32,000 nt of DNA from Psychrobacter sp. HD31 (GCF_051097895.1 NZ_CP142525.1:1020001-1052000), one strand, 5' to 3'. Positions 1 to 9,731 are shown, numbered from the stretch's first letter. Numbers and translations are program-made. The notes: generated by a model not told the origin, from the letters alone.

Positions 1-604
1 CCTGTTGTTTAAACGCTTGCCAAAGCTTAGCTTCTTCACCCAACTCTACGCCAATATAGGGCAAAAACCACTCACTAAACAAGTCCATTTCTTGATTAAG
101 CAATGCGCTATCATAATCAGGAGTCTGTGCCTGCGTGCGTGCTGTATCAACATCAATTTGCTGCAATTGGTTTAAGGTTTGTAAGGCTTGTTGATAATAG
201 CCATCAATTTGTTCGGTTGTTGCATCTACTAACAAATGCGCAAACTCAGTTGTGCCAAAATCTTGCAACATCAAAAAACCAGCGTCCATATCTTTTGCAA
301 TAATATTTGGCACGTTTATATAATCTGCCATTAACTCAGCCACTTTAACAAACTCAACAACAGATTCTTTCTCTGGTGGTGCGTCCATCACAATATAAAC
401 TTTAGTAGCATGAGCGAGGTCACAAGAATCATCATAGTGGATATAAACACGGTGATAACAACGAAAACTTGCATCACCTGGTAAGCTTTCTACCTGATAC
501 TCATTTTCTGTAATAACACTTGCCAGCCAATCATGCAATTGGGCGTGGCGTTTTTGTTTGGTATGATCTGCACTATTTATGTTTGCGTTGTTTGTTTGTT
601 GCAT
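1..604 (-). CDS. amgK: APH-fold sugar kinase, AmgK-like (N-acetylmuramate/N-acetylglucosamine anomeric kinase family); N-terminal part only, runs off the left edge
   Basis: Absent from the ORF track because it has no in-window stop. The reverse complement reads open from the ATG (602-604, - strand): MQQTNNANINSADHTKQKRHAQLHDWLASVITENEYQVESLPGDASFRCYHRV...IVMDAPPEKE...GFLMLQDFG. These are the characteristic N-lobe motifs of AmgK-type phosphotransferases. The gene is divergent from lptD, as in Pseudomonas. Confidence 0.65.
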   Translation of the reverse strand, partial: MQQTNNANINSADHTKQKRHAQLHDWLASVITENEYQVESLPGDASFRCYHRVYIHYDDSCDLAHATKVYIVMDAPPEKESVVEFVKVAELMADYINVPNIIAKDMDAGFLMLQDFGTTEFAHLLVDATTEQIDGYYQQALQTLNQLQQIDVDTARTQAQTPDYDSALLNQEMDLFSEWFLPYIGVELGEEAKLWQAFKQQ

Positions 605-853
605 AAAGATAATAAAATTTTAATAAAAATTAATATAACATTACTGTAACCAATAAATTCAGTTTACTTTATTTTTTACGTGTTACAGCAATAAACAAAA
701 TCTCCACATAGTTTAGCGGATTTTAGTAGCCGTTGGCTATACTTATCCTTGCTATTTTGCTAAAGTAGCGATATTTACTTTGCTCTTATGGTTAGTCAGT
801 GATGGCTATTAAATGTTAGCAAGACCCACTTAAAGATAATTTATAAAATAGCT

Positions 854-3800
854 ATGCCACTACTCCACTCTCGACTTTCTCGCAGTATCCGTTTGGTTTT
901 GTTTACCACAAAGCCAAACAATGCGTGCCCTATAATTAAAACAACACATATTAAAAAAACAGGGTTTGCCATTTTATCTTTGGGACTTGCCACCACAACC
1001 CACGCACAAGAGATAACGGATAATCGTATCACCACATATGACTATGCACAAAGTCAAATCAATAATGATAGCGTTAACACAGTACGTCCTTTTATGCCTG
1101 AAGTTTTGCCCGACATGGCAAAAAAACACATTCAGGAGCAGCACATCGATGGCGTTAATGACACTAAAGTAATCACAAGAGAGGCTAAAGCTGAAAAAAA
1201 GGCTCAAACCATTGAGCAAAAGAGCCTAAAAACTTTATCACAATACTATCAACCTATTGATAAGTTAATACAAAAACAACCATCTGAGCCTTCATTGAAT
1301 GATGTGACTCACATTGATGAAACCACGCCAATACAGCAGCAATATAACCAAGCAAAAAAAAGATATACTGAGATAACCAATGCCCCTCGTTGTGAGGGTG
1401 TTTGGGTGTATCCAAATGCCCACAACAGTATGAGCCATGCAAGTAACAATAATAATCTAGCGCATAACAATACTGATAACAGTCCAAGTGGTACTGACTT
1501 TCATAACACCGACTATGAGGGTAACCCTATCCCCAAGGGTTACACGCATGCACGTGCTGACTATGGATATTATGACAACAAAAACTATGCCGAGTTATCT
1601 GGCAATGTCGTAATTAACCAAGCGGGACAAATCATCAAAGCCGAAAAAGTTACCTTAGATTTAACAACAAATGTTGCCAATGCTGAAGGTCAAGTGTTAT
1701 TCAGTAATGGTGTCCCTGGTGTTACTTCTGATAATCCTAAAAACAATCATACTATCGATGGCACAACCTCATTAAATGAGATAAAAGATAATAAACAAGG
1801 CGGCTTAATTGGTGTTGCCGAGCAATTAACCTATGACCCAAATAACAAGGTTGCAAATGCAAAAGAGGTTGCTTTTGCAAGTGTGCCAATGCAGGCTCAT
1901 GGTTATGCACAGCAAATGAACAAAACAAGTGACAATCAGTATAACTTGCAAAACGTTATATTTAGTACTTGTTCACCCAACAAACGCAAATGGCACTTAG
2001 ATGCAAATAACATTAAACTGGATACTGACTCTGGGCGTGGCGTGGCATACAACACCACATTAAATGTTGCTAATTTACCCGTTTTGTATCTACCTTATTT
2101 TAACTTTCCTATTGATGACAGACGCACAAGCGGTTTTTTAACCCCCAATGCAAGCTTCAATTCAGAGCGAGGTTTTGAGGTTAATATCCCTTATTATTTA
2201 AACCTTGCTCCCAATTATGATGCAACACTTAATACCCGTGTATTTACTAACCGCAATCCCATGCTAACCACTGAGTTTCGCTATTTAACCGACTCATTTG
2301 GTGCCGGACGTATTGTGGGTTCATATTTACCAAAAGACAAAAAATATAAAGATGAAAATCGCAGCAGCGTTTTTTATGAGCACTTTTGGGCATCACCACA
2401 CATCAAAAACTTAACGGCAGATGCAGAATACAGTTATGTCTCTGATCCAGACTATATTGATGATTTTGATAGCTTAAATCGCAATATCAATAACGATGCC
2501 AACCTACCAAGGCGAGCCAGCGTTAATTATTTTAATGATTATATAGATGCTGAATTAAAAGTAGAGACCTATCAAGAGTTAGAAGCAGAAGATGTTTATG
2601 GTAATCTCATTAAAGACGTTGACCGACCTTACGCTAAATTACCACAGTTAGTTGTTGATTATCGTCTACCCTCGTTTAATCGCGATTCAAACCAAGCACA
2701 GTTTGGCAATATTGTGGTTGATGGCACCCATGACACAGGCTACTTTAAAAAGTCTATTGAAGATGGCTCAGGCGTTGAAAAAAGTGGGGTACGTATGTAC
2801 AACAGGCTAAGTGCCAGCTACCCAATCACCCGACCTTGGGGCTATGTCACACCAAAATTAAGCCTACAACATATTTTAGCCAGTTATGATACCGATAGCT
2901 TATCTGCCAATAACATTAACAAAGAAGATGGAACCAAATCGATATTTGTACCACAAGCCAGTATTGATGCTGGTTTAACGCTATATCAAAAAGGTGCACC
3001 TGTTAAATGGCTAGGCAATAAAACTAATCAGCAAAACGGCTATCAGCTGCTTAGCCCACGCCTAAAATACACTTATGCGCCTTTTAAAGAGCAAAATGAC
3101 TTACCAAACTTTAATACCCGTGTGGCATCAATGAGTTATGACCAGTTGTATGCCGATACATGGTTTTTAGGGCATGACCGTTTGCAAGACTTACATGCAA
3201 TTACCCCTGGTGTAAATTATCGTTACATCGATGCAACAGGTCGGACACGTTTAGATGCTAGTATGGCACAGCAATTTTATTTAGATAGTGGTAGAGTATC
3301 ACTAGATGACTTATCTGATGATGTCACTGATACGCAATTATTTAATGAAGACTCATCTGGCTTAATAACCAGTATTAAAGCGCAACCCTATAACGATCTT
3401 TGGATAGACATAGACACCGCACTAACCAATGATTATGACTTAAACTTTGTTACTTCTCAGCTAAGATATCAACCAACTAATAATGGCTTATTTAGCTTTG
3501 GTTGGACTGAACGTAAAGCAAATGAAAACACCAATCAATTGCCATTATCTGCTATCACAGCATCTGCTATTATGCCCATAACCAACAAATGGCGGCTAAT
3601 GGCACAAGGGCAATACGACACTTTAAGCAACCAAATGCTTGACTCTATTTATGGTGTGGATTATGAAGATTGTTGCATTGGCTTTTCTATTTATGGTCGC
3701 CACTACTATAATGATTTAGATTTGGATGACTCAACTGATTCGGTAATGGCTGAGCTAAGATTAAAAGGATTAAGTGATGATAGCAGTCGATTGGCAAGAT

Positions 3801-3856
3801 TGTTATCAAACAGAATTTATGGATTTGATCCTGTTCAATCCGCTTGGAAAAAATAA
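854..3856 (+). CDS. lptD: LPS-assembly outer-membrane protein LptD (1000 aa, unusually long N-terminus)
   Basis: Signal peptide ...GFAILSLGLATTTHA/QE. Jellyroll start YAELSGNVVINQAGQIIKAEKVTLDL. Large C-terminal beta-barrel. Four mature Cys in the E. coli-like pattern (PRCEGVW, STCSPN, EDCCIGF). Followed by surA as in the canonical lptD-surA operon. The start codon is uncertain because the n-region before the h-region is long. Confidence 0.9.
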   Translation: MPLLHSRLSRSIRLVLFTTKPNNACPIIKTTHIKKTGFAILSLGLATTTHAQEITDNRITTYDYAQSQINNDSVNTVRPFMPEVLPDMAKKHIQEQHIDGVNDTKVITREAKAEKKAQTIEQKSLKTLSQYYQPIDKLIQKQPSEPSLNDVTHIDETTPIQQQYNQAKKRYTEITNAPRCEGVWVYPNAHNSMSHASNNNNLAHNNTDNSPSGTDFHNTDYEGNPIPKGYTHARADYGYYDNKNYAELSGNVVINQAGQIIKAEKVTLDLTTNVANAEGQVLFSNGVPGVTSDNPKNNHTIDGTTSLNEIKDNKQGGLIGVAEQLTYDPNNKVANAKEVAFASVPMQAHGYAQQMNKTSDNQYNLQNVIFSTCSPNKRKWHLDANNIKLDTDSGRGVAYNTTLNVANLPVLYLPYFNFPIDDRRTSGFLTPNASFNSERGFEVNIPYYLNLAPNYDATLNTRVFTNRNPMLTTEFRYLTDSFGAGRIVGSYLPKDKKYKDENRSSVFYEHFWASPHIKNLTADAEYSYVSDPDYIDDFDSLNRNINNDANLPRRASVNYFNDYIDAELKVETYQELEAEDVYGNLIKDVDRPYAKLPQLVVDYRLPSFNRDSNQAQFGNIVVDGTHDTGYFKKSIEDGSGVEKSGVRMYNRLSASYPITRPWGYVTPKLSLQHILASYDTDSLSANNINKEDGTKSIFVPQASIDAGLTLYQKGAPVKWLGNKTNQQNGYQLLSPRLKYTYAPFKEQNDLPNFNTRVASMSYDQLYADTWFLGHDRLQDLHAITPGVNYRYIDATGRTRLDASMAQQFYLDSGRVSLDDLSDDVTDTQLFNEDSSGLITSIKAQPYNDLWIDIDTALTNDYDLNFVTSQLRYQPTNNGLFSFGWTERKANENTNQLPLSAITASAIMPITNKWRLMAQGQYDTLSNQMLDSIYGVDYEDCCIGFSIYGRHYYNDLDLDDSTDSVMAELRLKGLSDDSSRLARLLSNRIYGFDPVQSAWKK

Positions 3857-3966
3857 GATACTCGTAAGCTAAGTATAAACCAATAACCATTAATTTATAC
3901 TTTTTAAACCAAGACGCGACTCGTTACAAGCTTAAAAAAAGAAATATATTAAAAAATGAGGTAAAT

Positions 3967-4971
3967 ATGAAACATATCACAAAAAAATTATCTGCTATAA
4001 CCATTGCTATACTAGGCTTTACAGCATTGCACACAGCAAATGCAGAAGTCATGGGTGATGGGTTACTCGCGGTTGCAAATGATTCCCCCATTTTAAAAAG
4101 TGAGTTTAACAATACCCTCGCTCAAGTACGTCAGTCGTATCAAGCGGCTGGACAAACGCTACCAAGCGAAAGCCAACTAAAAAAAGACGTATTAGATGGC
4201 TTGATTATCCAACACTTACAGTTTGAAATGCTAGAGCGCTCTGGCTATCGCCCTAAACCGGTTGAGGTTAACCGTAAAATGCTACAGCTTGCAAACGCAC
4301 AAGGCATACAATCGCTAGAAGATTTTCAAAAAAAGTTAAATGCAGAAAATAAGGGCAAATACAAAGCATTACAAAGCCAAGTGATTGAAGAGCTATCATT
4401 ACAATCATTACAGCAAAGTTATGTCTCTGATCGCATTAAAATTACGGATGAAGAAGCAGACGCATTTTTAAGTTCTCCACAAGGTCAACGTGCTTTAGAA
4501 AATGCTAATAAAGAGATGGGTGCTAGCTTAATTGTACCCGAGTGGCAAACACGTCATATTTTAATCAGAGTTGATCGCTCACAAACGCAAGAAGTTGCTA
4601 AACAAAAGATTGAAGAAATTTATAAGCAGTTGGGTCAAGGTGCAGACTTTTCAACACTGGCATCAACCTACTCTGAAGATCCAGGGTCGTCAAAGCGTGG
4701 TGGTGATTTAGGTTGGGTTAGAGAAGGTGTCATGGTTCCTGAGTTCGAGGCTATGATGAAACGCACGCCAGTAAAAGACTATTCAACACCTTTTACAACG
4801 CAATATGGCTGGCATATTTTACAGGTTGTTGATAAAGAAGAAAAAGACATCAGTAAGCAAGTGTACCGCAGCCTAGCAAAAGATGTCATTTATCAAAACA
4901 AAGCACCACAAGCCTATGATGAATGGATTAAAGAATTAAAATCAAATGCTTATATTCAAGTCTTTGAATAA
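3967..4971 (+). CDS. surA: Periplasmic chaperone/peptidyl-prolyl isomerase SurA (334 aa, single parvulin domain)
   Basis: SD GAGG 6 nt upstream. Signal peptide ...FTALHTANA/EV. SurA N-domain, then one parvulin domain (WQTRHILIRV...GGDLGWV...YGWHILQV). Sits directly downstream of lptD. Confidence 0.85.
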   Translation: MKHITKKLSAITIAILGFTALHTANAEVMGDGLLAVANDSPILKSEFNNTLAQVRQSYQAAGQTLPSESQLKKDVLDGLIIQHLQFEMLERSGYRPKPVEVNRKMLQLANAQGIQSLEDFQKKLNAENKGKYKALQSQVIEELSLQSLQQSYVSDRIKITDEEADAFLSSPQGQRALENANKEMGASLIVPEWQTRHILIRVDRSQTQEVAKQKIEEIYKQLGQGADFSTLASTYSEDPGSSKRGGDLGWVREGVMVPEFEAMMKRTPVKDYSTPFTTQYGWHILQVVDKEEKDISKQVYRSLAKDVIYQNKAPQAYDEWIKELKSNAYIQVFE

Positions 4972-4991
4972 AAACAGCCGATTGAAAACAT

Positions 4992-5021
4992 AAAAAAGAC
5001 CTAAAATTTTAGGTCTTTTTT
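4992..5021. terminator. Bidirectional intrinsic terminator between convergent surA and nlpD-like genes
   Basis: 30-nt perfect palindrome AAAAAAGACCTAAAATTTTAGGTCTTTTTT, with an A-run on one side and a T-run on the other. Confidence 0.75.
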
Positions 5022-5046
5022 AACTTACTTAAACACAAATAGCCAT

Positions 5047-5787
5047 TTACTTGTTTAGCACCCGACGAGGATCAATAGCTCGACCACCCTGACGAACTTG
5101 AAACTCAAGTGCCACTTGAGTGGTATTGCCTGTTTGCCCCATTGTGGCAATTTTTTGACCTTTTCTTACCACATCACCTTCATTTACCAATAGCTGGCTA
5201 TTATGTGCATAAGCGGTAACATAATCATTACCGTGATTTACCATGATTAAGTTGCCATATTCTTGTAATCCATTACCAGCATAAATCACACTGCCTGACT
5301 TACTGGCATAAACAGGGTCACCTGCATTGCCTGCAAACCACATACCCAAAACGTTATTTGCTATATCATACTGTTTAATAACTTGGTTAGACGAAGGATA
5401 TTTAAAATTTGCTGACGACTGCTGATAATTGTTAGGATAATTATTAGCGTAGCTGTTATTTGTTTGAATAACTGGTGCCGTATTATTAGTAGTGTGAGAA
5501 GAAGCGGTTGAAGCAGAACCTTCCCACAATTTTAACCATTGACCTGCATAAATCGTATAACTACTGTTTAAGTTGTTTAATGCACCAATTTTACGATAAT
5601 TCATATGATATCGTTGAGCAATACCACTCACCGTATCGCCCCCTTTTACACGATAATAGTTTGGTACACCTTTATCATTAACCACAACTTTGACATTATT
5701 TGTATTGCGTGAGTTTGTACCCGCACAGCCTGTTATTATTAAAGCTGTTAGCCCTAGTGCTGCCATCTTATTTAATGACATCTTCAT
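5047..5787 (-). CDS. nlpD: LysM + M23 peptidase-domain lipoprotein (NlpD/EnvC-type murein hydrolase activator)
   Basis: SD AAGGGAG. Lipobox LIITGC. LysM segment YYRVKGGDTVSGIAQRYHMNYRKIGALNNL...YAGQWLKLW. M23 segment GNLIMVNHGNDYVTAYAHNSQLLVNEGDVVRKGQKIATMGQTG. Confidence 0.85.
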   Translation of the reverse strand: MKMSLNKMAALGLTALIITGCAGTNSRNTNNVKVVVNDKGVPNYYRVKGGDTVSGIAQRYHMNYRKIGALNNLNSSYTIYAGQWLKLWEGSASTASSHTTNNTAPVIQTNNSYANNYPNNYQQSSANFKYPSSNQVIKQYDIANNVLGMWFAGNAGDPVYASKSGSVIYAGNGLQEYGNLIMVNHGNDYVTAYAHNSQLLVNEGDVVRKGQKIATMGQTGNTTQVALEFQVRQGGRAIDPRRVLNK

Positions 5788-5890
5788 TGCTATCTCCCTT
5801 AACCACTGGAAATTTTGTTATGACAATTAAAAAATAAAAATAGATAACTTAAATATATTTAAAATTAAACATCAGTTAAAATATACATTT

Positions 5891-5926
5891 AAGTATTTAA
5901 TACTTAGCCCAATACTCTATAGTATT
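5891..5926. repeat. Two adjacent palindromes built from the same half-site (AGTATT/AATACT); possible operator upstream of the nlpD-like gene
   Basis: AAGTATT-T-AATACTT (5891-5905, perfect 7-bp arms) and AATACT-CTAT-AGTATT (5911-5926), 104-139 bp upstream of the nlpD-like ATG. The sequence feature is certain; its function is unknown. Confidence 0.4.
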
Positions 5927-6276
5927 TTGTACAGAAAATCACCTATTAATTTAGTCTTTCTACATCCAAAACACCCAAAAATTTAATACATTCGATGGTA
6001 ACCAATTATCATCTTATTCAAACCTTACCAACTAATATAACTCAAGTTGAATTTTTAACAATTATCACAGATATGTTGCTCATTTTGCCAACATATACAC
6101 AATCAACCTACAATAGATGCAAAAATTAATATGACTTTTTTATTATTAAAAGTTATATTAAAGTCATTGACATACAGGAAGTTAATGACACCCGAGTCAA
6201 GCTTAAACTTTTGTTTACGTTTTTACTTTAACGGTTTTTATCATACTAAACAAATGTAAGTAACAGGTAATTTGAT

Positions 6277-6729
6277 ATGCGTTTTACTAACACCCAACAA
6301 AAAGTATCTACATCAACCCTACTAATGGCCTTTGGTGTTATCTTGACGTTTATCATGAGTAGTGCAGCACAAGCGAAAGATTATCGCATGTCTACTGCCA
6401 TTGGCAGTACAACCAAAAACACCTTAGTAAAACCAGTCGACTTGTCAGGAATTTCTGCAACAACGCACGAAATTGCACTCATGCAGGTTTTGGCAGAAGT
6501 TTGTCCTGGTCTCATTAGTAGTCATCTACGCCCTAAATTTGCTCGCGCATACCAAACCAAATTACACCAACTCATGCCCACTGTTTCAAACCCTGATAAT
6601 GCTATGAGATATCTTTATACTCAAAAAGAGTATCGAAGAGTACATACCAACATCAAAAATTGGACATTAAGCTATTCTCGGGCAGAAAACAGAGCCATGT
6701 GTGAAGAACTTGCCACCACTCAGTTTTAG
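6277..6729 (+). CDS. Hypothetical secreted/periplasmic protein (150 aa), no family recognised
   Basis: N-terminal signal peptide (LLMAFGVILTFIMSSAAQA/KD). The mature ~116 aa look helical, with two Cys (EVCPGL, AMCEEL). Only weak RBS (AGG at -12). Flanked by 490-bp and 223-bp AT-rich spacers. Confidence 0.55.
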   Translation: MRFTNTQQKVSTSTLLMAFGVILTFIMSSAAQAKDYRMSTAIGSTTKNTLVKPVDLSGISATTHEIALMQVLAEVCPGLISSHLRPKFARAYQTKLHQLMPTVSNPDNAMRYLYTQKEYRRVHTNIKNWTLSYSRAENRAMCEELATTQF

Positions 6730-6952
6730 TTTTATCCGCATCCCCTTTCTTTTATTAACTGGTTCATACTGATTTGAATACATGTTAAAGACAGAGATAA
6801 AACTTTGTATCTATTGATTTTTTATTGCCAGTGAATTTTTCTTGTTTATACAATTGCCACATTTTGGTAATATATCGTTTTTATAGATTGGCAAAAACCT
6901 AACGCCAAGGTATCCTTTTATCTTTTAAACTTTTTAGTGGTAACTTTTTACT

Positions 6953-8113
6953 ATGACAACAACCAAACGCCTACTCACCTTAGCTTCTACGGTTATTTTG
7001 CCTCTGCTTAGCACTCAATCAATCGCAGCTGAGATAACCCCACCCAAGCTAGACAATACAGCTTATGTATTAATGGACTTTAATACTGGAGAAATACTGG
7101 CAGAAAAAAATGCCGATGCCCCTTTGCCGCCTGCTTCTTTAACCAAGTTGATGACCAGTTACCTGATTGAAGACAAACTGACCAATGGCGAGTTAAAAGA
7201 AGAAGACCCAGTTGTTATGAGTAAAAATGCATGGTGTGGCGGGAGTGGATCACAGTCATGTATGTATGTTGAGGTGAACCAGTCAGCTAGCGTGTTAGAT
7301 ATGCTTAAAGGCATCGTCATTCAGTCGGGTAATGATGCAGCCGTTGCTATGGCAGAGCATATTGCCGGAGATGAAGCCTCTTTTGCTAACATGATGAATG
7401 AAAAGGCAAAACAGCTGGGTATGAACAATACTCATTTTGTTAACTCAACAGGTATGCCAGCAAAAGGCCATGAAGCATCTGCTCGAGACTTAGCGATTCT
7501 TGCTCGTTCTATCATTGCTAAAGGTGGCAAATACTACGACATATACTCTGAAAAAGAATTCACCTTCAATGGCATTAAGCAAGGTAATCGCAATACGCTT
7601 TTATTAAGTGACCCAACCGTAGATGGGCTTAAAACAGGGCATACAAATGCTGCCGGCTATTGCTTAGTTGCTTCTAGTAAAAAGGGAGACATGCGTTTAA
7701 TTTCGGTCATTATGGGTACCAAAAGCATGCAGCAGCGTGCAGACCAGTCTCGTTCATTATTAAAATGGGGATTTGGACACTTTTCAACAGTTAATGCAGC
7801 ACCCAAAGGGCAATTTGTAACCAGAGCACCTGTTTGGGGCGGTAAAGAAAAAGATGTAGAAGTTGTGACGGCTGATGACTTGAACGTATTAACTTTAAAA
7901 AGCCAAAATGACAAAATCAGCACGATTATTAACCTAGATGAAACCGTTGAAGCACCTATTTTAAAAGGGCAACCTGTTGGTAAAATGATGGCAGTTGTTA
8001 ATGGTAAAACGGTTGCAAGCGTTGATGTGATTGCAAACCAAGATGTTGAACAAGCAAATATTATCAGTCGTAGCTTCCAAAACCTATGGCGTTGGATTAA
8101 AGGTTTATTCTAA
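6953..8113 (+). CDS. D-alanyl-D-alanine carboxypeptidase, PBP5/6 class (serine-type)
   Basis: Signal peptide ...STQSIAA/E. Active-site motifs SLTK (SxxK), SGN and KTG. C-terminal amphipathic anchor SFQNLWRWIKGLF. Confidence 0.9.
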   Translation: MTTTKRLLTLASTVILPLLSTQSIAAEITPPKLDNTAYVLMDFNTGEILAEKNADAPLPPASLTKLMTSYLIEDKLTNGELKEEDPVVMSKNAWCGGSGSQSCMYVEVNQSASVLDMLKGIVIQSGNDAAVAMAEHIAGDEASFANMMNEKAKQLGMNNTHFVNSTGMPAKGHEASARDLAILARSIIAKGGKYYDIYSEKEFTFNGIKQGNRNTLLLSDPTVDGLKTGHTNAAGYCLVASSKKGDMRLISVIMGTKSMQQRADQSRSLLKWGFGHFSTVNAAPKGQFVTRAPVWGGKEKDVEVVTADDLNVLTLKSQNDKISTIINLDETVEAPILKGQPVGKMMAVVNGKTVASVDVIANQDVEQANIISRSFQNLWRWIKGLF

Positions 8114-8135
8114 CCGCTAACATCTCATTTTTATT

Positions 8136-8169
8136 AAAAAAGGCTCTAGATTTAATTTAGAGCCTTTTT
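8136..8169. terminator. Bidirectional intrinsic terminator between convergent DD-carboxypeptidase and der
   Basis: AAAAAAGGCTCTA-loop-TAGAGCCTTTTT: 7-bp GC-containing stem flanked by an A-run and a T-run. Confidence 0.7.
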
Positions 8170-8240
8170 GTTTTGCGAGCAAACTAACATTAAATAATCG
8201 CTTTATTCTACGTTGCTGCTATCTACCTATTTTACTATGG

Positions 8241-9656
8241 TTATCTACGCTTTTTATCTTTACGTTTAAACTTTTGAATACGTTTGCGTTGACCTTGTTG
8301 TTGCCCTTTGGTCATGCTTGGTTTTTGCTTACGTCCAGAAAACGGGTTGTCATTTTGTTTAAATTCAACTCTAAGCGGGGTTCCTTCTAGTTTAAAAACA
8401 AGACGGAATTGATTTTCTAAATAACGTTTATAACTTTTTGGTAACGCATCAGTTTGATTGCCATGGATAACCACCACAGGCGGGTTATGACCACCCATGT
8501 GGGCATATCGCAATTTAATACGTCTACCGCCAATCATTGGTGGCTGATGAGCATTGACCGCATCTTCAAGAATTTGTGTTAATCGACTCGTAGACACATG
8601 GAACATAGCCGATTTATAAGCTTTGTGGATAGATGGATATAAATTACCAACGCCTGAACCATGCAAAGCAGATATCAAATGGGTTTTCACATAAGGTACA
8701 AAGTCAAAGCGTCTATCCATTTCAAGCTTGACATAGTTTCTTTGATCTTCGCTCAATCCATCCCATTTGTTTATCGCAATAACAATCGCGCGCCCTGCAT
8801 CTAAAGCATAACCCAGCATGTTCAAATCTTGGTCTACAATGCCTTCTTGGGCATCTATCACCAAAATTGTTACATTGGAGTCTTTAATCGCCTGCAAGGT
8901 TTTAATAACTGAGAATTTCTCTACTTTTTCGCCAATACGACCACGACGACGAACCCCAGCCGTATCAATCAACACGTAGTTTTTGCCTTCACGCTCATAC
9001 GGAATATAGATACTATCTCGCGTTGTTCCTGGCATATCATACACCACAACACGGTCTTCTCCCAATAAGCGATTGACAAGCGTTGATTTACCCACATTGG
9101 GGCGCCCAATAACTGCAAGCTTAAGCCCTTCTGGATCTTCATCTTCATCTTGCTCTGGCATGCCATCGGTTAAGTCATCTAATAGATTCGATAGCCCTCG
9201 CCCGTGACTTGCTGCCATTGGATAAGGTTCACCCAAACCAAGTTCAAAAAATTCATTGACTGCGGCTTCATGCACCCCATCAATTTTATTAGCTACTAAA
9301 AAAATGGGTTTGCCTAATTGGCGCAGGTGATTTGCAATTTCTTCATCCGAACCAATCATGCCAGAACGAGCATCAACAACAAAAACAATAATATCTGCTT
9401 CATGAATGGCTAAATAAGACTGGTCTGCCATGTAGTCATCGATATTACCAATGCCATCATCAGCTTCACCAATACCGCCCGTATCAACCACAATAAAGCT
9501 TTTATCCATATAACTGGCATCACCATATTGTCTGTCTCTCGTTAAACCAGACATGTCTGCCACCAAGGCTTGACGAGTTTTGGTAATTTGGTTAAATAAA
9601 GTTGATTTGCCAACATTGGGGCGACCAATCAAGGCAACAACTGGTTTAATACTCAT
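8241..9656 (-). CDS. der: Ribosome-biogenesis GTPase Der (EngA), tandem GTPase domains
   Basis: Two G-domains with P-loops GRPNVGKST (x2) and DTGG/DTAG plus NKID/NKWD motifs, then a KH-like C-domain and a basic tail. SD AGGAA. Confidence 0.95.
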   Translation of the reverse strand: MSIKPVVALIGRPNVGKSTLFNQITKTRQALVADMSGLTRDRQYGDASYMDKSFIVVDTGGIGEADDGIGNIDDYMADQSYLAIHEADIIVFVVDARSGMIGSDEEIANHLRQLGKPIFLVANKIDGVHEAAVNEFFELGLGEPYPMAASHGRGLSNLLDDLTDGMPEQDEDEDPEGLKLAVIGRPNVGKSTLVNRLLGEDRVVVYDMPGTTRDSIYIPYEREGKNYVLIDTAGVRRRGRIGEKVEKFSVIKTLQAIKDSNVTILVIDAQEGIVDQDLNMLGYALDAGRAIVIAINKWDGLSEDQRNYVKLEMDRRFDFVPYVKTHLISALHGSGVGNLYPSIHKAYKSAMFHVSTSRLTQILEDAVNAHQPPMIGGRRIKLRYAHMGGHNPPVVVIHGNQTDALPKSYKRYLENQFRLVFKLEGTPLRVEFKQNDNPFSGRKQKPSMTKGQQQGQRKRIQKFKRKDKKRR

Positions 9657-9731
9657 GGATAATTCCTAATCTTTTTTATTTACTGGCCTATAGACCATTA
9701 CAAATCAAAACGTCTTTTTTCAGGTTTCAAT

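Noticed and set aside
6131-6259. A 42-codon ORF (MTFLLLKVILKSL...) in the long nlpD/orf150 spacer.
   Set aside because: It has no Shine-Dalgarno sequence, its composition is that of AT-rich DNA translated at random, and it ends just before the real ORF. Not supportable without expression data.
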